Made by a program: the position numbers and the translations under genes. Below, one piece after another: positions 10,501 to 19,782 of a stretch of 64,000 bases of DNA. Where the stretch lies: positions 22,565 through 86,564 of the forward strand of contig JBBRLJ010000026.1 in NCBI GenBank assembly GCA_038231435.1, written 5' to 3'. This stretch comes from Planctomycetota bacterium (lineage in GTDB: Bacteria; Planctomycetota; UBA11346). Each line of letters begins with the position of its first letter. Position 1 is the stretch's first letter. The notes below the pieces were generated by a model that searched no databases, was not told the origin of the DNA, and saw nothing but the letters and a program-made list of their open reading frames with translations.

Positions 10501-10667
10501 ACGGCGTTATGCCGGGTCCAACCCGAGCAAGAGAGAGACGATCGCGCCGCATTGCGGTGCAGACGATGCGCGCAGTGGCACATTAAACCACTCTGTCTAA
10601 GAGTTTTTCGAAAAGATACGTGGGCGGGATGCCGATCCCAATAACCCATGGGAACCCCTAGGGACCC

Positions 10668-12599
10668 ATGAACACAAACCGTCGTTTCAACCAACTCTCA
10701 AGCCACGCCTCGCGGTGGACATTCCTCCATCTCGCCTTGCTCATGCTGGTCGCATCGGCCCCGCTGTCCGCGGCGGCCACGGTCACCTGGGGCGGCACCA
10801 CCGGCGCCGGCTCGAACACGTTGTGGAGCAACAATCTCAATTGGGATGGCGCGGTGCTTCCCGCCACCGGGGACATCGTGGTCTTCCCCGCCATGCCGAC
10901 CATTCCCGGCGCGTACACGGTGACCTACGACGTCGCCCTCGGACTGTCGCTCGCGCAGATCAACATCTACACCCCGGCGTCAGGCTCGTGGACGGTGACC
11001 GTCACCGGCTCGCCCAGCCCGCTGGTGCCGCTCGCGCTCAACATCCACGGTCCCACCATCGCCAACGTCTCGGCGCCGATGGACATCGTGACCGGAACCA
11101 CCCTGGCTGTCGCGGTGGACAATCTCAGCACGCTCAACCTGCTCGGCGTCATCTCCGGCCCCGCGGGCGGATTCCTGCTCTTCTCTGGACCATTCGATTC
11201 CACCATGGCCGGCTCCCTGCCCAACACCTTCCTGGGGACCACCACCGTCCAGGCCGGCATGCTGAACCTCAGCAAGACTGGCGGCGCGACCTCGATCGCC
11301 GGACCGCTGATGATCAACAACGGTGCGGCCAACGTCGTCACCCTCGCCGGCGCCGCCAACGCGATCGCCAACTCGGTCGAAGTCACGGTCGCCTCGGGCG
11401 CCACGCTCGACCTCACCAATGCCGCCGGCACCGATCAGACGCCGAACAACGAAACCATCGGCGCGCTCCTCGGCGCTGGCAACGTCGTCCTCGGCGCGCA
11501 GACCCTCGGCGTCGCGCTCAGCAACACTCCGACCACCTTCAGCGGCGTCGTCTCAGGCACCGGCGGTCTGCGCAAGAGCGGCACCGGCACCCAGCGCCTC
11601 TCGGGCGCGAACAGCTATACCGGCGCCACCACCGTCACCAACGGCGCGCTGACCGTGGTCGGCCTGCAGGCCGCATCGGCGGTCGCCCTCAACCTGGGCA
11701 CCTTGAAGATCGCCGACAACGGCCTGGTCGGCGCGCTCAGTTCGACCAGCGCCACCGGCCTGAACGCCCTGGTGATCGGCAACGAGCCCGCCTCCACCAA
11801 TACCGCGCGCAGCGGCGACCTGAACCTCAGCGGCGCGGGTGCGAACACCTCGCGGCTCGATGTCTTCACCGGGCCGGCCGCCGCCAATTCGACCCTGACC
11901 GTGACCGGCACCGTGAACCTCACCGGTGCGACTCTGCGCGTGAACACCGCCTCCTTCACCCCGGCCGTGAGCTCGGTGTGGACGATCATCGACAACGACC
12001 TGGCCGATCCGGTCGTCGGCACCTTCCTTGGTCTCGCCGAGGGAGCGACGGTGACCTCGGTCACCAACACCGGCACCACCTTCACCATCAGCTATCTCGG
12101 CAATCCCGCGGGCTCCGGTAACGACGTCACCCTTACGGTGGTGATGGTCGCGGCGGACAGCACGCCGCCGACGGTCACCTCGGTCGCCCCGGGCGGAGTC
12201 ACCGCCACCGGCGCCAACGTCTCCTGGACGACCAACGAACCCAGCGACAGCCAGGTCGAATACGGCACCACCACCGCCTACGGCAGCAGCACCACGCTCG
12301 CGACCGCGCTGGTCACCTCGCACACGGTGGCGGTGAGCGGCCTGTCGCCGAGCACCGTGTACCACTACCGCGTGCTCAGCTCGGACGCCTCGGGCAACCT
12401 CACCACCAGCGCCGACAGCACCTTCACCACCCCGGCCGGCAGCGGCTCGGGCAGTGCGACCGCCGGCAGCACCACCGCCGGCACCACCGGAGCGGCCACC
12501 ACGCCGGTGTCGACCCATCACAGCTCGTGCGGCTTCGGCGGCGGCGGTCTCGCCATCCTGCTGACGCTCGGGCTGTTCGCCGCGCGCCGCAAGACCTGA
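10668..12599 (+). CDS. Surface protein with autotransporter-associated beta-strand repeats, FN3-like domain and C-terminal membrane anchor
   Basis: Signal peptide; repeats GLRKSGTGTQRLSGANSYTGATTVTNGAL and NTFLGTTTVQAGML; FN3-like VSWTTNEPSDSQVEYG...LSPSTVYHYRV; tail CGFGGGGLAILLTLGLFAARRKT. Confidence 0.9.
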   Translation: MNTNRRFNQLSSHASRWTFLHLALLMLVASAPLSAAATVTWGGTTGAGSNTLWSNNLNWDGAVLPATGDIVVFPAMPTIPGAYTVTYDVALGLSLAQINIYTPASGSWTVTVTGSPSPLVPLALNIHGPTIANVSAPMDIVTGTTLAVAVDNLSTLNLLGVISGPAGGFLLFSGPFDSTMAGSLPNTFLGTTTVQAGMLNLSKTGGATSIAGPLMINNGAANVVTLAGAANAIANSVEVTVASGATLDLTNAAGTDQTPNNETIGALLGAGNVVLGAQTLGVALSNTPTTFSGVVSGTGGLRKSGTGTQRLSGANSYTGATTVTNGALTVVGLQAASAVALNLGTLKIADNGLVGALSSTSATGLNALVIGNEPASTNTARSGDLNLSGAGANTSRLDVFTGPAAANSTLTVTGTVNLTGATLRVNTASFTPAVSSVWTIIDNDLADPVVGTFLGLAEGATVTSVTNTGTTFTISYLGNPAGSGNDVTLTVVMVAADSTPPTVTSVAPGGVTATGANVSWTTNEPSDSQVEYGTTTAYGSSTTLATALVTSHTVAVSGLSPSTVYHYRVLSSDASGNLTTSADSTFTTPAGSGSGSATAGSTTAGTTGAATTPVSTHHSSCGFGGGGLAILLTLGLFAARRKT

Positions 12600-12629
12600 A
12601 GCATCTCTGTACGATTTCTCTCCGACATG

Positions 12630-12664
12630 GACCACCCGGGCGTATGCCCGGGTGGTCTTTTCTT
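12630..12664 (+). terminator. Rho-independent terminator
   Basis: GACCACCCGGGC-GTAT-GCCCGGGTGGTC, a 12-bp stem followed by TTTTCTT, 30 nt after the stop at 12599. Confidence 0.85.
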
Positions 12665-12861
12665 GTCCTGTATCTGAATCTGACGACTGATCGAAATCTG
12701 ACGTGAAGATGATGGGAGGATGATGGGGCGCCAGGTGCGTGGGCGCTGGGAGATGCTGCGTACGGCGGGGCGTTGGCGGCGTGGACGTCGATGGAAAGGC
12801 GTTTCCTGACGTGGGGGCGGCCGGCAGTAGGTATGATGATCGAATAGAACGGAGGTGCGTC

Positions 12862-13098
12862 GTGCACACCCTTCATCCCATCAATCCCAGCAAGAACGTC
12901 TCAGAGGACACCTCACCCGCAGAACGCACCCGCCGCAACATCGTCATGGCTGGGTGGTGGCTCGCTGCCGCGCTGGTAAGCGGAGGAATCGGCTGGGCCG
13001 TAGCGCATTGGACACCGATCCCGCTGGCCATGGCGCCAGTGTTCGCCGTGGTGGCCCTGGGCTATGCGATCATGGCAGGCGCCTCCAACCGCCAGTAG
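12862..13098 (+). CDS. Small membrane protein (two TM helices)
   Basis: GGAGGTG at 12851, GTG at 12862, two hydrophobic segments. Confidence 0.55.
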   Translation: MHTLHPINPSKNVSEDTSPAERTRRNIVMAGWWLAAALVSGGIGWAVAHWTPIPLAMAPVFAVVALGYAIMAGASNRQ

Positions 13099-13195
13099 CG
13101 TCCGGAGCCCGGGAATTGTCGGGAGTTCCGTGTGCGCTGGGCATAATGTAGGGCCCGGGAAATCCGCCACGCCAGCGCTCGAACGAGCGGAAGAG

Positions 13196-13555
13196 GTGTC
13201 CGTGCTCTACCAGACCAGCTCCAGCGCATCGATCCACCCGAGCATCGAAGGCCTCGTGGCCATGATCGCCGGCGGAACCACGAACTCGTCCGAGCAGAAC
13301 GCCAAGCTCCGTGACCTGTGCGTGCGCAAGATGCGCAGCTACCGCGAAGACGTCTACCTGAAGCGCTACACCACACCGATCGACCTGGCCTCGGCCAGGG
13401 ATCGCTGGCAGACGGTCAGCGCCTTCGCCAACAGCGCGCCCGCAAAGGTGCTGCCGATGGTCATGCCGAAAGTACTATCGCCAAAGGCAATGTTGCCGAA
13501 AGCACTGATGCCCAAAGCACTGATGAAAGTGCAGCCGACTCCCAAGTCGCGCTGA
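13196..13555 (+). CDS. Hypothetical protein with PKxxx-repeat tail
   Basis: Host-like codon usage over the core; start uncertain (GTG 13196). Four degenerate 15-nt repeats at 13466-13525. Confidence 0.5.
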   Translation: MSVLYQTSSSASIHPSIEGLVAMIAGGTTNSSEQNAKLRDLCVRKMRSYREDVYLKRYTTPIDLASARDRWQTVSAFANSAPAKVLPMVMPKVLSPKAMLPKALMPKALMKVQPTPKSR

Positions 13556-13621
13556 CCACTGACGCCAGAAGCCCCAAGGCTTCCGCTGCCGCTCACCTGC
13601 TCCTCGAAGCTGCCTGGGCCG

Positions 13622-16600
13622 CTAGGGCTTCGGAATGCTGAAGTGGAAGGCAGTGCCGATGTCGATGGTCGATTCGACCCATAGACGGCCGCCATGGCGC
13701 TCGACGATCTTCTTGCAGGTCGCCAGACCGATGCCGGCGCCGGGATACTCGGACACGGCATGGACGCGCTGGAAGAGTCCGAAGATGCGCTCGGTGTCCT
13801 CGGCGCGGATGCCGATGCCGTTGTCGGCGACCGTGAACACCCACTCGCGCTCGTCCTCGCGGGCGGAGAGGGCGACCACCACCGTGCGATCCTTGTGCTT
13901 GAACTTCACCGCGTTGCTCACCAGGTTCTGGATCAGCTGGGCGAACAGCGTCGGATCGGCGACCACCTGCGGCAGTGGGCCGATCTCGATCACCGCGGAT
14001 GCCTCGACAATTTTCTTCTCGAGGTTGCCGAGCGCTGCGCGCGCCACCGCTCCCGCGTCGATGGCCCTCGCTTCGACGCCATTGTGGCCGACCTTGGAAT
14101 AATCGAGGATGGCGCGGATCAGCGCCTGCAAGCGGCTGGTGGCGTCGCCCACGAAATCCATGTACTGACGACCCTTGTCATCGAGCTTCTCACCGTAGCG
14201 GCGCTGCAGCAGATCGGTGTAGCTGCGGATGGTGCGCAGCGGCTCCTGCAGGTCATGCGAGGCCACCGAGGCGAACTGCGCGAGCTCGGAGTTCGAGCGC
14301 TGCAGCTCGGCGGATGAACTCGCGAGCTCGTCGGCCACGCGCTTCCGCTCGGTGATGTCGGCGATCGCCAGCACGATCTTGCGCGTGCCGTCGTCGGAGC
14401 CCTCGAGCAGGCGCGCGTTCAGCAGCATGGTGCGCCGCCCCAGATCCTTGAACTCGTGGGTGACCTCGAAGTTCTCTAGCGCGCCGCCGCCATCCAGGAT
14501 GAGGTCGAGCAGCCGCTTGAGCTCAGGGATGTCCCACTCGCCGTCGCCGAGGCGGTAGATGCACTGCTTCAATACGTTCTCAGGCAACAGGCCGAAAACC
14601 CGGAAGAACGCGCGATTGGCGGTCTGGACCAGCAGGTCGGCATCGAGCACCAGCAGCGGATCGCGCACCGTCTCGACGATCGCCTTGGCGGTGGCGCCGG
14701 ATTTGCGCAGGGTCTCTTGGATGCGCTTGCTGGCTTCGATGTCGATGTAGGTGGCCACTGCGCCGGCAATGCCGCCACCCTCGGTGAGGTAGGGCGTGAT
14801 GCGCAGCGAGAACCAATGCCCAGCGCGGTTGCGCACCTCGACGGCCTTGGCCATGCGCGTGCGCATCACCTCGTCGACGACCTGATCCATGCCTGGTCCG
14901 CTGAAGCCGAGATCCAGCCCGCCGATACTGCGTCCGAGATCGGCGTGGCCCAGGTGCAGGACCTGGGCCGTGGGACCGGACAGGCGCCGGATGCGTTGTT
15001 CGCCATCGAGCATCACCACCGGCAGGTCGATGCCGTCGAGCAGATTGGTGAGGTCGTTGCTGAGGCCGGTCAGCTCGAGGTTGCGATTGCGCAGCTCTTC
15101 ATTGAGCGTGGCGAGCTCCTCGTTGGCGGACTCCACCTCCTCCTTGGCGGTCTGCAGCTCCTCGTTGGTGCAGCGCAGCTCTTCATTGGCCGAGGTCGAC
15201 TCGTCGTTGGCGAAGCGCAGCTCGTCGTTGACGGCGTTGTTCTCTTCGGTCAGCGACTCCATGTAATCGTTCGCGGCGGTGAGCTCCTGCTTGAGCTGGG
15301 CATAGTCGCGGCCTTCAGCCGCAGCCTGCGCAGGAGACGAAACAGATGCCATGGTCGCCTGCGGCAGCGGCCGATCCGGCGCCTCTTCGAAAAGGATGAG
15401 GATCGCTGGCTCGGGCGAGCCGGGCAGGCGCACCAGGCTGATCTCGATGTCGATCAGGCGCAGGCGCTGATCGTCGCGCAGGCGTACGCCCTTGCGGCGC
15501 ACGGTGACGTTCTGCCGCTTGGCCTCGTCGATCGCCCGCGACAGCTCCTGCGCGAGGCCATGCGGCACCATCTTGAGCAGGTTCAGGCTGGCCTGGCCCT
15601 GCGCGGGGTCGAGGAAGGACGCGGTCTGGCCGCGGAACTGGATGATGGTGTTCTCGGCATCAACGAGCACCCCGGCGGGCGCGTAGCGCCCGAGCACGAT
15701 ACGGTCGGCCGCGCGCTGCAGCTCGCTCAGCGACGGCGCGCGCAGGCCTGCGTCGGTTGACCCAACAGTGCGCCGGTTTCCGGGAAACAGTGGCGGGTGT
15801 ATCCGCGTCGCGATCGCCTTCTTCACATACACGCGGTTCTTGGCATCGACGGCGTCGAAGAGATCCGTCGACCTGCCGACGGTCTCGGAGCTGCCGAGCA
15901 CCAGGAAGCCACCGGCGTTCAAGGTGTAGTGGAAGGTCGGGATCACGCGCGCCTGCAACGCCGGAGTCAGGTAGATGAGCACGTTGCGGCAACTGATCAC
16001 GTCGATCTTCGAGAACGGGGTGTCGGCGGTGACGTCGTGCTTGGCGAAGACGCAGAGGTCGCGGATCGACTTGTTGATGCGGTAGCCCTCGGGCACCTTG
16101 GTGAAATGGCGACGCAGGCGCTCGGGCGAGACCTCGGCCTCGATGCTGGCGGGGTAGACGCCGATGCGCGCGGTGGCGAGCGAGCCCTCGCTGATGTCGG
16201 TGGCGAAGATCTGGATCTGGCGATGGCGCTGCTGGCCATCGACGTGCTCGATCAGCTCCATGGCGAGCGAGTACGCCTCTTGCCCGGTCGAGCACGCGAC
16301 CACCCAGATGCGGATCGGCGCGTCGTCGACACGCTCCTTGGTGAGCCGGGGGAAGACCAGGTTCTTCACCGCGTCGAAGACCACCTGATCGCGGAAGAAG
16401 CTGGTGACGTTGATGAGCACGTCCTTGAGCAGCACCTGCGCTTCCTTGATCTCGTCGCCGAGCACGCGCACGTATTCGACGAGCGTGGCGATGTTGCGCA
16501 GGGCCATGCGGCGCAGGATGCGGCGCTTGATGGTGGAGGCGCGGTAGAGCTCGAAATCGATGTGCGCGGTATTCTTGAGCACCGCAAGCACGGCGGCGTA

Positions 16601-17323
16601 GCTCTGGCCGTCGCCTGGGAACGGATCGGCATCGTAGGCGCGGCCCTCGCGCAGGTAGGCGTGGCGGCTGATCCTCGCGATCTCGTGGGCGATCTCGGCC
16701 GGATTGAGCGCGAAATCGGAGCTGCCGTAGGCGATCGCGCTGGCCGGCATCTCGGCGCTCTCGGCCGAAGCCGGATCCTGGGCGAAGGTGATGCCTCCGG
16801 CCGCCTTGATCTCGGCCAGACCCAGGGTGCCGTCCGAGCCGGTGCCCGAGAGCACCACGCCGATGGCGCGACTGGCGCGGTCTGCCGCCAGCGAGCGCAT
16901 GAAGAAATCGATCGAGAGGTGCAGGCCGTGCGTCGACACGCGTGGCGTCAGGCGCAGGACGCGCTTCTCGATGGCCATATTGACGTTGGGAGCGATGACG
17001 TAGACGTGGTTGGGGGCCACTTCCATGCCGTCGCTGACCTCGGTCACCGGCATGCGCGTGTCCTTGGCGAGGATCTCGGCCAAGCGACTGCCCTGCAGCG
17101 GAGCGAGATGCTGCACCAGCACGAAGGCCATGCCGGTGTCGAGCGGGATCACAGCGAGGAATGCGCCGAATGCCGCCAACCCGCCAGCAGAGGCACCGAC
17201 GCACACCACCGGAAACTGCGGAAGACCCCGCGCCTGCTCGGATCCGTCCTCGTCGGCGGCGGGCGACACGATGACGTCGAGCGCGTCCTTGCCGAGGGCT
17301 TCGATGATCGTCTCGTCGGACAT
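13622..17323 (-). CDS. CheB-CheR-PAS-histidine kinase fusion (CheBR type)
   Basis: CheB GASAGG, VQHL, LSGTGSDG; CheR INVTSFFRD, CSTGQEAYS, ISCRNVLIY; coiled coil NEELQTAKEE; PAS; ASHDLQEPLR; HATPase. Confidence 0.95.
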   Translation of the reverse strand: MSDETIIEALGKDALDVIVSPAADEDGSEQARGLPQFPVVCVGASAGGLAAFGAFLAVIPLDTGMAFVLVQHLAPLQGSRLAEILAKDTRMPVTEVSDGMEVAPNHVYVIAPNVNMAIEKRVLRLTPRVSTHGLHLSIDFFMRSLAADRASRAIGVVLSGTGSDGTLGLAEIKAAGGITFAQDPASAESAEMPASAIAYGSSDFALNPAEIAHEIARISRHAYLREGRAYDADPFPGDGQSYAAVLAVLKNTAHIDFELYRASTIKRRILRRMALRNIATLVEYVRVLGDEIKEAQVLLKDVLINVTSFFRDQVVFDAVKNLVFPRLTKERVDDAPIRIWVVACSTGQEAYSLAMELIEHVDGQQRHRQIQIFATDISEGSLATARIGVYPASIEAEVSPERLRRHFTKVPEGYRINKSIRDLCVFAKHDVTADTPFSKIDVISCRNVLIYLTPALQARVIPTFHYTLNAGGFLVLGSSETVGRSTDLFDAVDAKNRVYVKKAIATRIHPPLFPGNRRTVGSTDAGLRAPSLSELQRAADRIVLGRYAPAGVLVDAENTIIQFRGQTASFLDPAQGQASLNLLKMVPHGLAQELSRAIDEAKRQNVTVRRKGVRLRDDQRLRLIDIEISLVRLPGSPEPAILILFEEAPDRPLPQATMASVSSPAQAAAEGRDYAQLKQELTAANDYMESLTEENNAVNDELRFANDESTSANEELRCTNEELQTAKEEVESANEELATLNEELRNRNLELTGLSNDLTNLLDGIDLPVVMLDGEQRIRRLSGPTAQVLHLGHADLGRSIGGLDLGFSGPGMDQVVDEVMRTRMAKAVEVRNRAGHWFSLRITPYLTEGGGIAGAVATYIDIEASKRIQETLRKSGATAKAIVETVRDPLLVLDADLLVQTANRAFFRVFGLLPENVLKQCIYRLGDGEWDIPELKRLLDLILDGGGALENFEVTHEFKDLGRRTMLLNARLLEGSDDGTRKIVLAIADITERKRVADELASSSAELQRSNSELAQFASVASHDLQEPLRTIRSYTDLLQRRYGEKLDDKGRQYMDFVGDATSRLQALIRAILDYSKVGHNGVEARAIDAGAVARAALGNLEKKIVEASAVIEIGPLPQVVADPTLFAQLIQNLVSNAVKFKHKDRTVVVALSAREDEREWVFTVADNGIGIRAEDTERIFGLFQRVHAVSEYPGAGIGLATCKKIVERHGGRLWVESTIDIGTAFHFSIPKP

Positions 17324-17474
17324 GTGGTTCCCGGATTCTTCCTAGATCATCGTGGGCTTGCCGGAGCGGCGCCGGGAAGCCATGCCAGGCGCTAGGGCGA
17401 GAGTGCCGCGGGCTGGACCTGTCATCGTACCCATGTTCGATGGGAAGCCCGACTAATATGTGTTTCGCCGAGAT

Positions 17475-17503
17475 GCGTCGCCCGGCGTAGCGCCGGGCGA
17501 CGC
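17475..17503. repeat. Perfect 13-bp inverted repeat (hairpin)
   Basis: GCGTCGCCCGGCG-TAG-CGCCGGGCGACGC, intergenic, without a poly-T tract. Confidence 0.7.
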
Positions 17504-17571
17504 TCGCCAACCCCCAGCTCGGCCGGGTCCCCTTAGCGCTGCCCTGCCCCAGCCCTCGAGGGACGAATCCT

Positions 17572-18414
17572 TCACGCGGCGTCGCCGCGCGAAGCGACCA
17601 GCTTGGCGAAGCGGGCGACGGCCCGGGCCACGTCCAGGTACTGATCCCAGCTGCGTGGCGTGATCAGGCAGCTCGCGGCCCCGTGGCGCAGGGCGTCGTC
17701 GCGATCCTCTGGGTGCAGGCTCGTGCTCATGACCATGACCGGGACCTTGGCGCCTTCCGTCAAGCGGTAGCGGCTGAGGAATTCGTAGCCCTGCGCCGGG
17801 GCGGCGTCGAGGTCGAGCAGGATGACGTCCGGACGGCTCGCGCCGGGACGTGCCAGGCGCTCGAGCGCGGCGGCGACATGCGGTACGCGTTCATGGATGA
17901 TCCGCGACGCGGTGGCGACGAAGGCCCTGTCAATCAGCTCGAGCTCCTCGTGGTTCTCCCGGATATGCAGCACCATGGGCAGGGCCGCGGCCCCCTGATG
18001 CTCGGATCCGGCCTCGGGATTGCGCACCAGGGCCCGGTCCTGTTCGCGGCGGGCGATGGCCTGCCGGATCTCCTCGCAGATGACCGGCAGCGCGCATGGC
18101 TTGGTCAGGTACCGTTCCGACCAGCGGCTGCCGGTGGCGATCGACACCTCGTCGACCATTCCCGACAGGATGATGCGGACCACCCAGGGATAGCGCAGCA
18201 GCACCTCGCGGGTCAGATCGGATCCGGACATCGTGGGCATGCGCAGATCGCTGACCAGGACATCGATGTGCTCCGAGGCGAGCAGCCTGATCGCGTCGAC
18301 GGCATTGCCGACGAAGCGCACCGGCCAATCCGGCGCGGTGAGGTGCATGCCCCTCTGCAGGGCCGCGAGGATCGAGGGTTCATCGTCGACGAAGAGCACG
18401 CTGGGGAACGCCAT
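17572..18414 (-). CDS. Response regulator with two receiver domains
   Basis: VLFVDDE...VSDLRMPTMSG...LTKP; second domain PDVILLDL...PVMVMSTS...GAA. Confidence 0.9.
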   Translation of the reverse strand: MAFPSVLFVDDEPSILAALQRGMHLTAPDWPVRFVGNAVDAIRLLASEHIDVLVSDLRMPTMSGSDLTREVLLRYPWVVRIILSGMVDEVSIATGSRWSERYLTKPCALPVICEEIRQAIARREQDRALVRNPEAGSEHQGAAALPMVLHIRENHEELELIDRAFVATASRIIHERVPHVAAALERLARPGASRPDVILLDLDAAPAQGYEFLSRYRLTEGAKVPVMVMSTSLHPEDRDDALRHGAASCLITPRSWDQYLDVARAVARFAKLVASRGDAA

Positions 18415-18547
18415 GCGGAAGCCCTCCACCGGGACCTCGGAGGATACCGATGGCACGGCTGGACCCTGCACGAATTGCCGGGTATCGCCTAGGCCCAGGG
18501 TAGGCCAGCTGCATGCCTCTCAGGCACGCGCAGCACGCGTGAGCACG

Positions 18548-18703
18548 CGCATCGGCAGCACCCCGGTGATCGTCTTCACCACCTCCAAGAGCCCGGTCGA
18601 CCGCAACCGCTGTCTGGCGCTCGGCGCCACTGCGGTGATATCCAAGCCCAACTCATTCGATGAGCTGGTCGGCGTCGCCAAGTCCATCATCGCGTACTGC
18701 TAG
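18548..18703 (+). pseudogene. Remnant C-terminal half of a receiver domain
   Basis: TPVIVFTTSKSPVDRNRCLALGATAVISKPNSFDEL. There is no N-terminal acidic pocket or phospho-Asp, and the upstream frame runs antisense into the 17572-18414 gene. Confidence 0.7.
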
Positions 18704-18727
18704 AACCCCTCTCTCAGGGAGCGCCTT

Positions 18728-18752
18728 ATCCCCAGCGAGCCGCTGGGGATTC
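18728..18752 (+). terminator. Probable terminator hairpin
   Basis: ATCCCCAGCG-AGC-CGCTGGGGAT, a 10-bp stem just after the stop at 18703; weak T tract. Confidence 0.45.
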
Positions 18753-18841
18753 TCGATGTCACACTTCACAGTTGAGATTAAGAAGGTACGAAGGAATTGC
18801 CGCCGGATCCTTCCGCGCCTACCTTAGGATGCAGGCACTGC

Positions 18842-19615
18842 GTGCTGACCTTCTCTACCGCCACCCACCGCGATCTGCTCGATGTCCAGGATCGCCTGCG
18901 TCCGCGGCTGCGCGCAGCGACCACCCTCGAGGGCGCCGCCCGCGAGGCCATCCAGGCCATCTACACTGAATTCAGTAGCAGCGTGGTGCTGGCGAGAATG
19001 TTCGTCACCCTGCCGTTCGGCAAGCTTCCCGAAGATCTGCGTCGCGCGGCCTGGGAGATCGTCGAGGCCCAGGGCCTGCACGCCTCGGTGCGCGACCATA
19101 CCCCGGTGCTCACCCTGCTGAGCACCTGCGGCAAGAACGAGGACTGGCGCGACCGTCGGCGTTCGCGCGGCCACGCGGCGATCCCGTTGTGCTCGGCAAG
19201 CTTCGTCGACTCGATCCCGATGGTCGCGCGCATGCTGCAGGAGATGGGCGTCGATCTCGGCCTACGCGCCGATCCGGATCCGTTCGCCCAGAAGGTGCTC
19301 AGCGCGGGCTGGGTCGGCCTGTTCCATGTCGAGGATGCGCGCAGCGCGCGCGACGACCTCGGCCGGCGGATCATCCCCGCCAGCGATTTCGTCGACACCT
19401 ACAGCGTGCGCACGGTCTTCGGCCTGGGCAAGGCCTACGGCAACGGATCGATCGCCAACTTCGTGGTCTTCACCAATGCAATCGTCGGACGTGATCGCCT
19501 CGAGGCGCTGGTGCCATTCGTCAACGCCTTCAAGGCCGCGACGCTCGACCTAGTGTCCGCTGGCTCCTTCTTCGACCCGGCGGCCGCGACCGGATCCTCG
19601 CCAAGTCCGACGTAA
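18842..19615 (+). CDS. Hypothetical protein (possibly GAF-like fold)
   Basis: Long ORF with host codon usage; motifs LTLL.T.G....W.DRR.SRGH.AIPL and FHV.DA....IPA..FV. The fold is a guess. Confidence 0.7.
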   Translation: MLTFSTATHRDLLDVQDRLRPRLRAATTLEGAAREAIQAIYTEFSSSVVLARMFVTLPFGKLPEDLRRAAWEIVEAQGLHASVRDHTPVLTLLSTCGKNEDWRDRRRSRGHAAIPLCSASFVDSIPMVARMLQEMGVDLGLRADPDPFAQKVLSAGWVGLFHVEDARSARDDLGRRIIPASDFVDTYSVRTVFGLGKAYGNGSIANFVVFTNAIVGRDRLEALVPFVNAFKAATLDLVSAGSFFDPAAATGSSPSPT

Positions 19616-19782
19616 GCGGCATCTGCCAGCGGCCAGCGGCCTGAAAGAAGCGTCTCGCACATGCGAGACTCCCGCTTGGTCGGTCGGCGACACGGATTCT
19701 CGTCCATTTGCATCGCTTCCTGCCCAGGTAGGGTTTCCGCACCTGTCCGTCGCCGACGACGGCAGCCTGACGAAAGCCCACC

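Noticed and set aside
13622..17323. Chemotaxis operon
   Set aside because: No cheA, cheW or MCP genes in the window; this is a stand-alone CheBR-kinase fusion.
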